From NCBI GenBank assembly GCA_965205655.1, contig CBDBIJ010000110.1, forward strand, positions 1 through 64,000: a stretch of 64,000 nt of DNA, given 5' to 3'. Shown here in pieces: positions 9,991 through 21,028 of the stretch; positions within the stretch are counted from its first letter, which is position 1; the number at the start of each line of letters is the position of its first letter. The notes under the pieces are model-generated. The model saw only the letters and a list, made by a program, of their open reading frames with translations, searched no databases and was not told the DNA's origin. The translations under genes were made by a program, and so were the position numbers. This stretch comes from Candidatus Latescibacterota bacterium. Lineage in GTDB: Bacteria > Latescibacterota > UBA2968 > UBA8231.

Positions 9991-11346
9991 CTATCCTACC
10001 CCCTCCTCCTCGAACACCTCCGCGACGCTCTCGCCGATGACATCGACGGCGGTCTGGACTTCGGATTCGTCGATCGTAAACGGGGGCGAGATGGCGATGT
10101 GGTCCCCGGATGTCCCCTCAACCAGGCCGGGGGCGCCGGGCATGATCAGGACCCCTTTGTCGAAACAGCGGTCGACGATCCTTGAGGTGACGCCAATAGC
10201 GGGGTCGAAGGGGGCACGCGAGGTCTTGTCGGCGACGAACTCGATGCCGATGAGCAAGCCCTTGCCGCGCACCTCCGCTACGTGCGGCAGCTCCTGCAGG
10301 GGCAGGAGTTTCTCGAGCATGAGATCCCCCATCTCGGCGCACCTGGAGACGAGGTCGTTGGCGGCGATGTACTCCTGGACGGCCAGGGCCGTGGCGCAGG
10401 AGAGCGGGTTGCCGCCATAGGTGTGACCGTGCACGAAGGCGGAGGCCTTCCCGTAGATGGTGTCGTAGATCTTCTCGTGGGCGATGGTGGCGGCAATCGG
10501 CGTGTAGCCGCTGCTCAGACCCTTTCCCGTGGCCATGATGTCCGGCACCACGTCCCAGTGCTGAATGCCGAAATCGGTGCCGGTTCGTCCGAAGCCGGTG
10601 ACCACCTCGTCGACGATCATCAGGACATCGTAAAGATCGCAGATCTCCCGAATCCGCGGAAAGTAGTCGTCGGGAGGAGTGACCCCGCCGGCGGAGGTTC
10701 CCAGAATCGGCTCGGCGATAAATGCGGAGATGGAGTCACTGCCCTCCTGTTTGATGACACGCTCCAGCTCGTCGGCGCAGTCGAGGCTGCACTCGTTGCG
10801 CTCGGCGCAGTAGGGACACCTGTAGGGGTAGGGCGGCGTTATGTGGGGGAAATCGAGCAGGTAGGGAACGTAGTCATCTCGCCAGCTCGAGCGCCCCGAC
10901 ATCGACAGGGCTCCGATCGTGTTGCCGTGCCAGCTCTGCCAGCGAGAAATCACCTTGAACTTGGATGCGTTGCCGCGCTCCAGATGGTACTTGCGCGCCA
11001 TCTTCATGGCCGATTCGGTTGCTTCCGATCCACCCGAGACGAAGAACACCCTGTTGAGCCCGTCGGGAGCCAGATCGGCGATCCTGCCGGAGAGCTCGAT
11101 CTGCGCCTCGCTCACAAACCGTCCGTAGGCGAAGCACACCTTGCGCGCCTGTTCGCTCATCGCCTCGACCACCTCCTCGACGCCGTGGCCGATGCTGACC
11201 ACGTGAACGCCGGCACACGCGTCGAGATAGCGATTGCCATCTGTGTCGAAGAGGTACACGCCCTCGCCGTGAGAGATGCAGGGCCATTTTCCCCTCAGCG
11301 TCCTGTGAAAAATTCGCTCTGCGTTGACACTCATGGTGTCGGTCAT
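9991..11346 (-). CDS. Class III PLP-dependent aminotransferase
   Basis: SGGSEATE, SWHGNT, AFIAEPI, DEVVTGFGRTG, GKGLSSGY, HGHTYGGNP. Confidence 0.9.
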   Translation of the reverse strand: MTDTMSVNAERIFHRTLRGKWPCISHGEGVYLFDTDGNRYLDACAGVHVVSIGHGVEEVVEAMSEQARKVCFAYGRFVSEAQIELSGRIADLAPDGLNRVFFVSGGSEATESAMKMARKYHLERGNASKFKVISRWQSWHGNTIGALSMSGRSSWRDDYVPYLLDFPHITPPYPYRCPYCAERNECSLDCADELERVIKQEGSDSISAFIAEPILGTSAGGVTPPDDYFPRIREICDLYDVLMIVDEVVTGFGRTGTDFGIQHWDVVPDIMATGKGLSSGYTPIAATIAHEKIYDTIYGKASAFVHGHTYGGNPLSCATALAVQEYIAANDLVSRCAEMGDLMLEKLLPLQELPHVAEVRGKGLLIGIEFVADKTSRAPFDPAIGVTSRIVDRCFDKGVLIMPGAPGLVEGTSGDHIAISPPFTIDESEVQTAVDVIGESVAEVFEEEGVG

Positions 11347-11374
11347 GGACTGCTCTCGCGATTCCGAAGGGGGT

Positions 11375-13105
11375 TCAGATCGCCCACATGTCGGCCTTGC
11401 CACTCGGAGTCGGCAGATTGAGCGGCGAGCGCGCCCGGTAGCCCGGCCCCAAAAAACTCCACAAATGATCGAGTGCGTGCTGGTTCCAGTCAAAGAAGTG
11501 ATCTCTGCCGATGTACTCGAGGGTCCCTGATTGTTCCAGTACGTCGATGAACTGTTGCCTGGCCCGCGTGAAGTAGACGTCCACGTCGCTGGCTCGCACG
11601 TTCTCCACGACTCGCCGCAGGGTCTGCTCACCGGTCGCGTCGATCTGGTTTATGCTGCCCGCGTCGATCACGAGGAATCGCAGTTCGGGCAGCATCGTGA
11701 CCGCCTCAAGCACCTTGTCCTCGAAATAGCTACTGTCTCCGAAGTAGAGTCGTCCGTCGTATCGGATGATGGCGATACGCTCATCCAGGGCGAGTCCGTT
11801 TGCCTCGGCGTCCACGAGGGGGCCGTCGGCAGAGCGCGCCAGATAGGCCACGTTGGGACGCATCGTTCGGTGCAGGTACAGGATCAGCGACAGGCACACC
11901 CCGATCAGGATTCCGATATGCAACCTCGGCGCCGTGGCGAGAGTGGCTACGAATGTGACGAGCGCCACCACACCGTCACGATGCGACACCCGCCAGGCCG
12001 CGACTGCCGGCTGCGCTCTGAAGAGGCTCAGAACGGCAACCATGATGATGACGGCCAGGGTTGACAGCGGCAGGTAGTGGAACAGGGGCGTGAGAAAGAG
12101 CAAGGTGATCATGACGACGAAGGAGGTCACGAAAGATGAGAAGCCGGTTGCGGCACCGCTGTTGAGGTTTACGGCGGATCGGGAGAATGAGCCCGACACC
12201 GCATAGCTCTGGAAAGCGCTGCCCACGAGATTGGACAGGCCCTGACCGATCAACTCCTGATTCAGGTCGAGATGTTGTCTCGTCTTGGTGGCGATCGTCT
12301 TGGCCACCGACATGGCTTCGAGGAGGCCGATGAGCGTCAACGCGGCGGCGCCGGCAATCAGCTTAGGGATGACGGCGGTGTCGATCTGCGGAAACTCGAA
12401 AGCGGGCAACCCGGCCGGAATGACGCCCACGACATTGCCGTCGTAGCCGGAAATCCAGGCCACAAGAATGGTTGCGACGACGGCGAGTAGAATCTTCTCA
12501 AAGCGGTAGCGCAGCAGCAGGATGATAGCGCCAGCGATAAGGGCCATGCCGAGTGTCGGCCAATGACTGCCGTCAGTCGCGGCCGTGATGGTGCTCCACA
12601 CAGTCAGGAAGTGATAATCCCCTCTCACGGTCTTCACGCCGAAGATGTGATGCAACTGAGAAGTGGCGATGATGATGGCGGCGGCATTCGCGAAGCCGGT
12701 GACGGCCGGACTGGAGACCAGGTTGACGAGTATCCCCAGTCTCAGGATGCCGAGGCAGAGGCGCATGGCGCCGACCATCAAAGCGAGGAGGATGGAGTAG
12801 GCGATGTAGGCCTCGGTCTGCGGCGGCGCCACCGACTGAATGGTGGCGGCGCTGACGAGGGAGGCCATCGCCACCGGCCCGGTGGACAACTGCCTGGAGG
12901 AGCCGAAAAAGGCGGCCACAACCGGCGGCAGAAAGGCTGCGTACAGACCGTAGACCGGTGGCAGGCCCGCCAGTTCGGCATATGCCATCGATTGGGGAAT
13001 CAGGACCGCGGCGACGGTGACACCGGCGACGATATCGGCTCGCAGAACCTGACCGCTGCGTAGCTCGGGAAGCCATTGGACGAATGGAAGGAGACGCCGG
13101 ATCAC
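11375..13105 (-). CDS. SulP family anion transporter with STAS domain
   Basis: DIVAGVTVAAVLIPQSMAYA, GLYA, GSFSRSA; STAS IDATG. Confidence 0.92.
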   Translation of the reverse strand: MIRRLLPFVQWLPELRSGQVLRADIVAGVTVAAVLIPQSMAYAELAGLPPVYGLYAAFLPPVVAAFFGSSRQLSTGPVAMASLVSAATIQSVAPPQTEAYIAYSILLALMVGAMRLCLGILRLGILVNLVSSPAVTGFANAAAIIIATSQLHHIFGVKTVRGDYHFLTVWSTITAATDGSHWPTLGMALIAGAIILLLRYRFEKILLAVVATILVAWISGYDGNVVGVIPAGLPAFEFPQIDTAVIPKLIAGAAALTLIGLLEAMSVAKTIATKTRQHLDLNQELIGQGLSNLVGSAFQSYAVSGSFSRSAVNLNSGAATGFSSFVTSFVVMITLLFLTPLFHYLPLSTLAVIIMVAVLSLFRAQPAVAAWRVSHRDGVVALVTFVATLATAPRLHIGILIGVCLSLILYLHRTMRPNVAYLARSADGPLVDAEANGLALDERIAIIRYDGRLYFGDSSYFEDKVLEAVTMLPELRFLVIDAGSINQIDATGEQTLRRVVENVRASDVDVYFTRARQQFIDVLEQSGTLEYIGRDHFFDWNQHALDHLWSFLGPGYRARSPLNLPTPSGKADMWAI

Positions 13106-13191
13106 GCTGAATACTCGAGGCTGGTAGGAGGATGTTGGGAACCAAGTATATGGAATTTTCTACTCCTCCGACCGCCTCTCGGACCTGGCGA

Positions 13192-13508
13192 CTATATTTG
13201 GAAGGTCGCGGCCACGCTGTGGTCGATGAATGGAGACGGTGAATGACAACAACGGTGGACATTCCGTGAGCCGCAAAACTCGGGTTGCGGTCCTGTTCGG
13301 TGGGCGCTCGGCGGAGCATGAGGTATCTGTCACCTCGGCCCGGTCGGTGCTGCAGGCCATAGACAGGGACAAATATGACGTCACCATGATTCCGATTACG
13401 AAAAAGGGTCGCTGGCTTCCCGCTGGGGACGCCTCGCGGGTGCTCGAGGCCGGTGTCGCCGAAGGCGACGAAGTGCTGCCGGCTGTATTCGACTACGCCG
13501 CCGGCACG
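13192..13508 (+). repeat. First copy of a 317-bp direct duplication (ddl upstream region and truncated 5' ddl); second copy at 13886-14203
   Basis: CTATATTTGGAAGG...CCGGCACG repeated; the only difference seen is A5 versus A6. Confidence 0.92.
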
Positions 13509-13886
13509 ACCTTGGGGTCATCCACTCCTTGTCGACCACTTGCTTGAAACGGTACACCCGACCGTCGGCAACCATTGTGTCGTCGGCGATCTCACACGCT
13601 TGCGCCAGTCGTTGAAAACTCGCCCGACCGATGTCGTCCAACCCGGCCCGCAGCTCTTCTACCGCCTGACGAAACGCGGCCGGTCTCCCTGGTTCGGATT
13701 GCACGCGATGCTCCCACCGGAGGACATTTTCCTGCAACTTCGTCACACAAGCGCTCAGATCCTGCGTATCTTCCATCCGGGACCCCCTTCCGGGTTTGGG
13801 CGTATGTCGTTACACCCAAAGTACATTCGTGCCCGGAGTTGGGGTCCCACTTCTATGAAAAAATGCGTAAATCAGAACCCACACCC
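13509..13886 (-). mobile_element. Truncated IS left end with transposase N-terminal fragment (ISKra4/ISLre2-like)
   Basis: Terminus GGGTGTGGG abuts the second repeat copy; ORF from 13776 (...[17 protein letters not shown]) is cut at about 13509. Confidence 0.55.
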
Positions 13887-13959
13887 TATATTTGGAAGGT
13901 CGCGGCCACGCTGTGGTCGATGAATGGAGACGGTGAATGACAACAACGGTGGACATTCC

Positions 13960-15055
13960 GTGAGCCGCAAAACTCGGGTTGCGGTCCTGTTCGGTGGGCG
14001 CTCGGCGGAGCATGAGGTATCTGTCACCTCGGCCCGGTCGGTGCTGCAGGCCATAGACAGGGACAAATATGACGTCACCATGATTCCGATTACGAAAAAA
14101 GGGTCGCTGGCTTCCCGCTGGGGACGCCTCGCGGGTGCTCGAGGCCGGTGTCGCCGAAGGCGACGAAGTGCTGCCGGCTGTATTCGACTACGCCGCCGGC
14201 ACGGGTCAGCTCGCGGATGGCGGGGGGGAAGCTCCGAGCCAGGTCGACGTCGTCTTTCCGTTACTGCACGGGCCTTTCGGCGAGGACGGCACCGTACAGG
14301 GCCTTCTGGAACTGGCCGGGGTGGCCTACGTCGGGTCCGGTGTGCTGGGTTCGGCAGTGGGCATGGATAAGCAGATGATGAGGCGCGCCTTCCGCGCCGA
14401 AGGACTGCCCTACGTGGAGTACATCTCCGTGCTCAGAAGTCGATGGCGCTCGGAGCCGGCACTCGTTCGAAGTGAGATCGAAGACAGCATCGGCTATCCT
14501 CTGTTCGTCAAGCCGGCGAACATGGGATCGAGCGTGGGTGTCGCAAAAGCAAAGGATGCTGGCGGGTTGTCCCGCGGCATGGACGAGGCGTCAAGATACG
14601 ACCGCAAGATCATCGTCGAGGCGGCCGCAGAGGACTGCCGGGAACTAGAGTGCTCCGTGCTCGGATACGAGGATCCGGAGGTTTCGATCGTGGGCGAAAT
14701 CGTACCTGGAAACGAGTTCTACGACTACGACGCCAAGTACATCGATGATGACTCCGACCTCATCGTCCCGGCGCACGTATCCCCCGAGACGGCTGCAGAG
14801 GTGCGCGACCTGGCGAGAAGAGCCTTTCTCGCCGTTGAGGCTTGTGGGCTGGCGCGAGTCGACTTCTTCGTCAGTCTCGCCGATGGGCGTGCCCTGATCA
14901 ACGAAATCAACACCATGCCCGGCTTCACGCCCATCAGTATGTATCCAAAGCTCTGGGAAGCGAGTGGAGTGAGCTACAGCGAGCTCATCGATCGGCTTAT
15001 TCAGCTGGCGCTGCAGCGACATACCGACCGACAGGACATGACGGCGGACCGGTAG
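13960..15055 (+). CDS. ddl: D-alanine--D-alanine ligase; +1 frameshift at the A6 run 14095-14100 (A5 and in frame in the duplicate copy)
   Basis: [54 protein letters not shown]. Confidence 0.92.
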
Positions 15056-15077
15056 CGGTCGCATTGAAGGGTGAGCG

Positions 15078-15851
15078 ATGAAGGGACGGGTATTGGAGAA
15101 GGGCACGCTCAGCAACGCCGTTTCTTTCTGCGTTCTCGCCGCAGGACTGGTCCTGACCACACGAGTCGACGCCACGGCGGCGCCGCTTCTGTATACTCTG
15201 GGTCCGTGGATGCTCGTGGTGGGCTTGTTCGGCTTCGCCGGCGGCATCACGAACTGGCTGGCCGTCAAGATGCTCTTCGACAGGGTCCCGCTCCTTTACG
15301 GCTCGGGTGTCGTCCCGGCTCGCTTTCGCCAAATCCGCCAGACGATCAAGAATTTGATCATGACCCATTTCTTCGACGAGGAGTACCTGCGCCGCTTCTA
15401 CGAAGAGAACGAGGAACTGTTCCCCACCGCCGACCTCGAGGCGAAGCTGGTAACCCTGCTGCGATCGGAGGAGGCCGACGGCGCCGTCGCGCGACAGCTC
15501 GAGCGGCTCAAGGGTGGGCCGTTCGGCATGTTCATCGCTCTGGCCGGCGTGGATATTCTCAAGCCGATGGTGCAGCAGTTCCTGGAAGGCCTGGCGGTCG
15601 ATCTGGCGCCGACCCTGAAAGAGCATCTTCGCGAAAGCACACTGGACGTGGGTGCGCTGCGCCAGCGGGTCGACCTCCTCCTCGACGCGAAGCTCGAGGA
15701 ATTGACACCCGAGGTCGTCAAGCAGATGGTCGAGAGGGTCATCCGCGAGCACCTCGGCTGGCTGATCGTATGGGGCAACGTCTTCGGCGGGGCGATCGGC
15801 CTCGTGTCTCGCGCCGTCGCCCACCAACTTGGGATGCGCGCGATCCCGTAG
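15078..15851 (+). CDS. DUF445 family membrane protein
   Basis: GGITNWLAVKMLF and HLGWLIVWGNVFGG motifs. Confidence 0.8.
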   Translation: MKGRVLEKGTLSNAVSFCVLAAGLVLTTRVDATAAPLLYTLGPWMLVVGLFGFAGGITNWLAVKMLFDRVPLLYGSGVVPARFRQIRQTIKNLIMTHFFDEEYLRRFYEENEELFPTADLEAKLVTLLRSEEADGAVARQLERLKGGPFGMFIALAGVDILKPMVQQFLEGLAVDLAPTLKEHLRESTLDVGALRQRVDLLLDAKLEELTPEVVKQMVERVIREHLGWLIVWGNVFGGAIGLVSRAVAHQLGMRAIP

Positions 15852-17120
15852 CTACCGAAGGAGTAGTTTCAGGTAGAAAAGCGGGTTCGTCAGCTCTTTC
15901 TTCGGCACCGCATTGGCGATCATGCCGCAGATTTGATCGGCCACGCTCTCTTCGCGTGCGGCTTTGCTGATGACGTAGTTCAGCAGCGGTCGGCAGCGAC
16001 CCAGTGACTGCAGCCGGGCGCTGACTTTCAGTTCGTCGCCGACGGCGTCCCACAGGCGCTCGTCGTAGCGTCGCAGGAAATCCGCACTGTAGTCGTCTTC
16101 CTCGAGGGCTTCTGCGGCGACGTCGATGGCCAGTCTGGCCGAGTAGAGGGCATTGCCGATACCCTCCCCGGTAAACGGATCGATCAAACCGGCCGCATCT
16201 CCCAGCAACATCATGCCCTCGCCGAAACATTGCCGGTGCTTGCTGCCGACGGGTAGATTCCACCCCACCGGCTCCTCCAGGGACACGGCATTGGCGAAGC
16301 GCTCCTTGAAGGGAGGGCGACTCACAACGTGTTGCAGCGCACTTTTCAGATTTACGTCACGGCGCTTTATGTAGTCGTGGACCATGCCGATCCCGACGTT
16401 GGCGGTGCCATTCTCCAGCGGAAAAATCCAGAAGTAGCCCGGTAGGACTTCATCGACGAAGTGAAGCTCGATCTGATCTGTCAGCCCCGAGAGGTTGTCA
16501 TAGTACTGACGCAGGGCGACGACCCAATGCCGTCCATCGTGCTCGTACAGTCCGGAGCGGCGAGCGACGATGGAGTTGAAACCGTCACAACCGAGTACGA
16601 GCCGGCCACGAAACTCCACTTCACCCTCTCCGCCGGCATCGCGGGCCGTCTGTCCCCGAATGCCGCAGACCCGATTCTCATCGACGATGAGGTCGCGCAC
16701 GGAGAAACCCTCGACACAGTCGTCGACGGCATCGCGAGCTTCTTCAAACAGAAACGCATCGAAGATCTTCCGGCGTATGACGAAGCCCTCCATCGGCAGC
16801 ACCTTGCCGGTGAGCAGGTCTCGGTGACTGTGTCGGCTCAGGTGGATGCGGGCGTCGGTGTGGCTCGGGGAGCCGAAGAGAACGTCGTGGATGAGGGCGC
16901 CGGGCAGCTCTCTCACGCGCTCGAGCAAATGGAGCTCGCTGAGGATGGAAATGGCTTTCCCCGACAGCGCGTCGCCGCAGATCTTGTCGCGGGGAAAAGT
17001 GTCGCGGTCCACCAGCAGGGTCTTCAATCCCCGGCGGCGAGCGTACAACGCCGCAGTGGCGCCGGCGGGTCCCGCGCCGACGATGATGACATCGTATGTG
17101 TCTCCGTTGGATCCGATCAA
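15852..17120 (-). CDS. Geranylgeranyl reductase family FAD-dependent oxidoreductase
   Basis: GAGPAG, FPRDKICGD, PGYFWIFP, GDAAGLIDPFTGEGI. Confidence 0.88.
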   Translation of the reverse strand: MIGSNGDTYDVIIVGAGPAGATAALYARRRGLKTLLVDRDTFPRDKICGDALSGKAISILSELHLLERVRELPGALIHDVLFGSPSHTDARIHLSRHSHRDLLTGKVLPMEGFVIRRKIFDAFLFEEARDAVDDCVEGFSVRDLIVDENRVCGIRGQTARDAGGEGEVEFRGRLVLGCDGFNSIVARRSGLYEHDGRHWVVALRQYYDNLSGLTDQIELHFVDEVLPGYFWIFPLENGTANVGIGMVHDYIKRRDVNLKSALQHVVSRPPFKERFANAVSLEEPVGWNLPVGSKHRQCFGEGMMLLGDAAGLIDPFTGEGIGNALYSARLAIDVAAEALEEDDYSADFLRRYDERLWDAVGDELKVSARLQSLGRCRPLLNYVISKAAREESVADQICGMIANAVPKKELTNPLFYLKLLLR

Positions 17121-17307
17121 GACGTGCGGTTCGCAGTTTTAGTGAGTAGAATCGCGGTGGAAGCCACGGTGAACAAGGTTACGACACAAAGCTGTCCCGG
17201 GCCATCTTGCCAAGTGGTAAGTCTTCTGTACATTCTAATCTCTGCGTTTGCGGCCTCGATCAGTAACAGAGTCGTAGAATCCACCATAAAAGGGAGTACG
17301 GGACACC

Positions 17308-19263
17308 ATGGCGTCAGATTCCGGCGCGACCGTGACGAGCGAAGAGGCGAACGTCGAGGAGCGCTCGTTTCAGACGGAGGTCCAGCAGATCCTCCAGATT
17401 CTCATCCACTCGCTGTACACCGACAAAGACATCTTCCTCCGCGAGCTGATCTCCAACGCCTCCGATGCGCTCGACAAGATCCGCTTTCGGTCGCTCACAG
17501 ATCGCAATATCGTCGACCCAGACGCCGAGCTGGAGATATCGATCGACGTCGACAAGAGCGCCGGCACGCTCACCATACAGGACACCGGTGTCGGCATGAC
17601 GCGGGATGAGGTGAACGAGAACATCGGCACCATCGCGCATTCTGGATCGGCCGAATTTCTCAAGAAGCTGGCGGACGACGAGGAGGACAAGGTCGATCTC
17701 ATCGGCCAGTTCGGAGTGGGCTTCTACTCCGTGTTCATGGTAGCCGAGCGCGTCGTGGTGACCACGAGAAGCGCCGAATCCGGCGCCGACGCGGTCATGT
17801 GGGAGTCCACCGGCACCGGCAGCTACACCGTTTCCACGACGAACGACCGAGAGACCCGGGGGACACAGATCGCCATCTACGTCCGCAAAGACTGTGAGCA
17901 ATACCTCGACGCCCACCGGCTGGAGGGCATCATCCGCCGTCACTCAGACTTCGTGGCCTACCCCATCAAAGTGGCCGGCAAGCAGGCAAACGAGGCTTCG
18001 GCCCTGTGGGCCAGACCCAGAAGCGAAGTCACCGAAGAGCAATATGTCGAGTTTTATACTCACCTTACCGGCGACCACGAAAAACCGATCGCCTGGGAGC
18101 ACATCGCCGTCGATGTGCCGATCCAATTCTACGCCGTTCTCTACATACCGCAGCAATCGCCGCTGGAGCTGCTGTTCGCACCCGAGCCGAAGGTATCGCT
18201 CAACCTGCACGTGAAGCGGGTCTTCATTCAGGACGACTGCAACGAGCTGCTGCCACTCTACCTGCGCTTCGTCAAGGGTGTCGTCGACTGTGACGATCTC
18301 CCCCTCAATGTGGCGCGGGAATCGCTGCAGAACAACCCGGTGATGACGAAGATCCGTCAGACCCTCGTGCGCCGCGTGCTCAGACTGCTCGACGAGACGG
18401 CTAAGGACAGACCGGCCGACTACCACATATTCTGGCAATCCTTCGGCATGGTCCTCAAAGAGGGGGTCGCCAGGGATTTCGAAAACAAGGACGAAGTTGC
18501 AGGACTGCTGCGCTACGTGTCTTCCCTATCGGGCGAGCTGGCACAGAACGGCGGTTCGGGCAGTGGCGATGCCGATCCAGTGGCCGGCGCAGACCTGGTA
18601 TCGCTTCGGGACTACATCGACCGCATGCAATCGGACCAGGAGGTAATCTACTATCTGTCCGGAGACAGCAGAGAGGCGATCGAACAGAGTCCCCTGTTGG
18701 AGGCTTTCCGCACCCGAAGCCTGGAAGTGCTCTACATGACCGAACCCGTGGACGAATGGGTGGTGAACTCCATTCAGGACTTCGACGGCAAGAAGTTTCA
18801 GGCTATCGACGCCGAGGATGTCGAATTGTCCGAAGAGGTCAAGCTGGAGGGCGTCGAGGAGGACAAGGAGCGGACCGTCGAGCTCGTCAGCTTCTTGAAG
18901 AAGGAGCTCGGGGAACGGGTCGGTGATGTCAGGGAGTCCCAGAGGCTGCCCGGAAGCCCCTGTGCGCTGGTCACCCCGAAGGGTGGAGTGAGTCAGACGA
19001 TGGAGCGCCTCATGAAGCTGGCAGACGAGGAATTCGCCCCCACGAAGCGCATTCTGGAGATCAATCCCCGGCACCCGGTGATCGTCAATATCGGCGAGCT
19101 GCTCCGACAGAGCCGCGAATCCGCCGAGCTCGTGGAGTGGGCCCACTTTCTGGTCGACTACGTGCTCCTGCAGGAGGGTACGGTGGAGGAACCGCAGCGC
19201 ATGGTGCAGACCCTCCAGAAGATGATGAGCGCCGCCAGCGAACACGCCCTGGGGCATCCCTGA
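17308..19263 (+). CDS. htpG: Molecular chaperone HtpG (Hsp90)
   Basis: IFLRELISNASDALDK, IGQFGVGFYS, LPLNVARE, LEINPRHP. Confidence 0.97.
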   Translation: MASDSGATVTSEEANVEERSFQTEVQQILQILIHSLYTDKDIFLRELISNASDALDKIRFRSLTDRNIVDPDAELEISIDVDKSAGTLTIQDTGVGMTRDEVNENIGTIAHSGSAEFLKKLADDEEDKVDLIGQFGVGFYSVFMVAERVVVTTRSAESGADAVMWESTGTGSYTVSTTNDRETRGTQIAIYVRKDCEQYLDAHRLEGIIRRHSDFVAYPIKVAGKQANEASALWARPRSEVTEEQYVEFYTHLTGDHEKPIAWEHIAVDVPIQFYAVLYIPQQSPLELLFAPEPKVSLNLHVKRVFIQDDCNELLPLYLRFVKGVVDCDDLPLNVARESLQNNPVMTKIRQTLVRRVLRLLDETAKDRPADYHIFWQSFGMVLKEGVARDFENKDEVAGLLRYVSSLSGELAQNGGSGSGDADPVAGADLVSLRDYIDRMQSDQEVIYYLSGDSREAIEQSPLLEAFRTRSLEVLYMTEPVDEWVVNSIQDFDGKKFQAIDAEDVELSEEVKLEGVEEDKERTVELVSFLKKELGERVGDVRESQRLPGSPCALVTPKGGVSQTMERLMKLADEEFAPTKRILEINPRHPVIVNIGELLRQSRESAELVEWAHFLVDYVLLQEGTVEEPQRMVQTLQKMMSAASEHALGHP

Positions 19264-19280
19264 GAAGGAATGAGGCCAAC

Positions 19281-20654
19281 GTGACGACTGCACCGAGCGT
19301 GTCAGCGGCCGTGACCGGCGACATCCGCACGCGGGCCCGTGGTGCCCGCGCTGCGTCTCGCAAACTGGCGATCACTCTCGCCGATGTGCGCAACGCCGCC
19401 CTGGACGCCGTGGCCGAAAGACTGGAGGCGGAGCGCGCGCAGATTCTCGAGGCCAACCGACGCGATATGACGGTGGCCACCGAGATGGTTGAAAAGGGCG
19501 AGCTGGCGCAGCCGCTGCTGAAGCGACTCGATATGAGCGGGCCCAAGTTCGACAGTGTCATCGAGATGGTGCGTAGCGTGCGCTCGCAGGACGACCCTCT
19601 CGGAGAAACCCAGCGCTCCACCGAGCTGGATGACGGCTTGCAGCTCTTCAGGGTGAGCGTGCCCATCGGCGTCCTCGGCGTCATCTTCGAGTCCCGTCCA
19701 GACGCTCTCGTTCAGATCTCGTCGCTGTGTCTCAAGTCGGGCAACGCCGTGTTGTTGAAAGGAGGCCGCGAGGCGGCGGAAAGCAATCAGATTCTGGCCC
19801 GGATCGTCGCCGACGCTGCCCGGTCAGTTGAGGGCGTTCCCGATGGGTGGTTGACGCTCATGGAGACGCGGGAAGACGTGCGGGAGATGCTCGATCAAGA
19901 AGAATCGATCGACCTCATCATCCCCCGCGGCGGCAACGAGTTCGTCCAGTACATCATGCACAACACCCGCATTCCCGTCATGGGTCACGCCGACGGCATC
20001 TGTCACGTCTACGTCGACCGACACGCCGACATGGACAAGGCGGTGCGCATCGTCGTCGACTCCAAGACGCAGTATGTTGGTGTGTGCAACGCCGCCGAGA
20101 CCCTCCTCGTTCACAATGACGTGGCCGAGGCCTTCTTCGAGCGCGCCATCGGCGTCTTGACTCGGGAGAAGGTGCTCATCCGCGGCGACGAGCGCACCGT
20201 GAAGCTGGCGGGATCTCTCGGAGCGGTGACACCGGCAAAGCGCGAGGATTGGAGCACTGAATACCTCGATCACATTCTGTCGGTGAAGGTAGTGGACAGT
20301 CTCGGAGAGGCCGTGGATCACATCAACAGGTACGGCAGCGGCCACACGGACGCCATCGTCACCGAAGCATCGGATGCCGCCGCTTCGTTTCTGCGCGGCG
20401 TCGACTCTGCTTCCGTCTTCCACAACGCCTCTACCCGGTTCGCCGACGGCTTCGCCTATGGGCTGGGAGCGGAGGTGGGGATCAGTACCGGCCGGCTGCA
20501 CAGTCGCGGCCCGGTAGGGCTGGAAGGGTTGACGATCTACAAGTACATCCTGGAAGGGACTGGCCAGATCATCGAAGACTATATGGGGGAGGTGCGGCGG
20601 CCGTACACCCACCGTCGGCTCGACGCTGTCTGGCAACGGGGACTCGACCAGTGA
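19281..20654 (+). CDS. proA: Gamma-glutamyl phosphate reductase
   Basis: [54 protein letters not shown]. Confidence 0.96.
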   Translation: MTTAPSVSAAVTGDIRTRARGARAASRKLAITLADVRNAALDAVAERLEAERAQILEANRRDMTVATEMVEKGELAQPLLKRLDMSGPKFDSVIEMVRSVRSQDDPLGETQRSTELDDGLQLFRVSVPIGVLGVIFESRPDALVQISSLCLKSGNAVLLKGGREAAESNQILARIVADAARSVEGVPDGWLTLMETREDVREMLDQEESIDLIIPRGGNEFVQYIMHNTRIPVMGHADGICHVYVDRHADMDKAVRIVVDSKTQYVGVCNAAETLLVHNDVAEAFFERAIGVLTREKVLIRGDERTVKLAGSLGAVTPAKREDWSTEYLDHILSVKVVDSLGEAVDHINRYGSGHTDAIVTEASDAAASFLRGVDSASVFHNASTRFADGFAYGLGAEVGISTGRLHSRGPVGLEGLTIYKYILEGTGQIIEDYMGEVRRPYTHRRLDAVWQRGLDQ

Positions 20655-20992
20655 ACGAATCATCGGATGTCAAACGCCACATCTTTCTGTGCGCCACCCC
20701 GACCAAACCGAAATGCCACTCAGACGACACCGGTGCTCAGTGCTGGGACTACCTGAAGCGCCGGCTTCAGGAGCTCGGCTATGGAAATCCGCGCCAGGGC
20801 GGCATTCACCGAACGAAGGCCGACTGTTTGCGCGTCTGCGAGCGCGGTCCCACCGTCGTCGTCTACCCCGAAGGGGTCTGGTATCACTCCATGACGGTGG
20901 AGAAACTCGAGCGCATCATCCAGGATCACCTCATCGGTGGAGAGATCGTCGAGGAGTACGTCAACCCTGCGCCATTTCGTCAATTGGACTGA
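20651..20992 (+). CDS. Thioredoxin-like [2Fe-2S] ferredoxin
   Basis: HIFLC...[22 protein letters not shown]. Confidence 0.88.
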   Translation: MNESSDVKRHIFLCATPTKPKCHSDDTGAQCWDYLKRRLQELGYGNPRQGGIHRTKADCLRVCERGPTVVVYPEGVWYHSMTVEKLERIIQDHLIGGEIVEEYVNPAPFRQLD

Positions 20993-21028
20993 GCCGATCG
21001 ACCTCGCCACTAGAGATAATTTTTCCAG

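Noticed and set aside
17121..17307. CIRCE heat-shock operator upstream of htpG
   Set aside because: No TTAGCACTC-N9-GAGTGCTAA match seen
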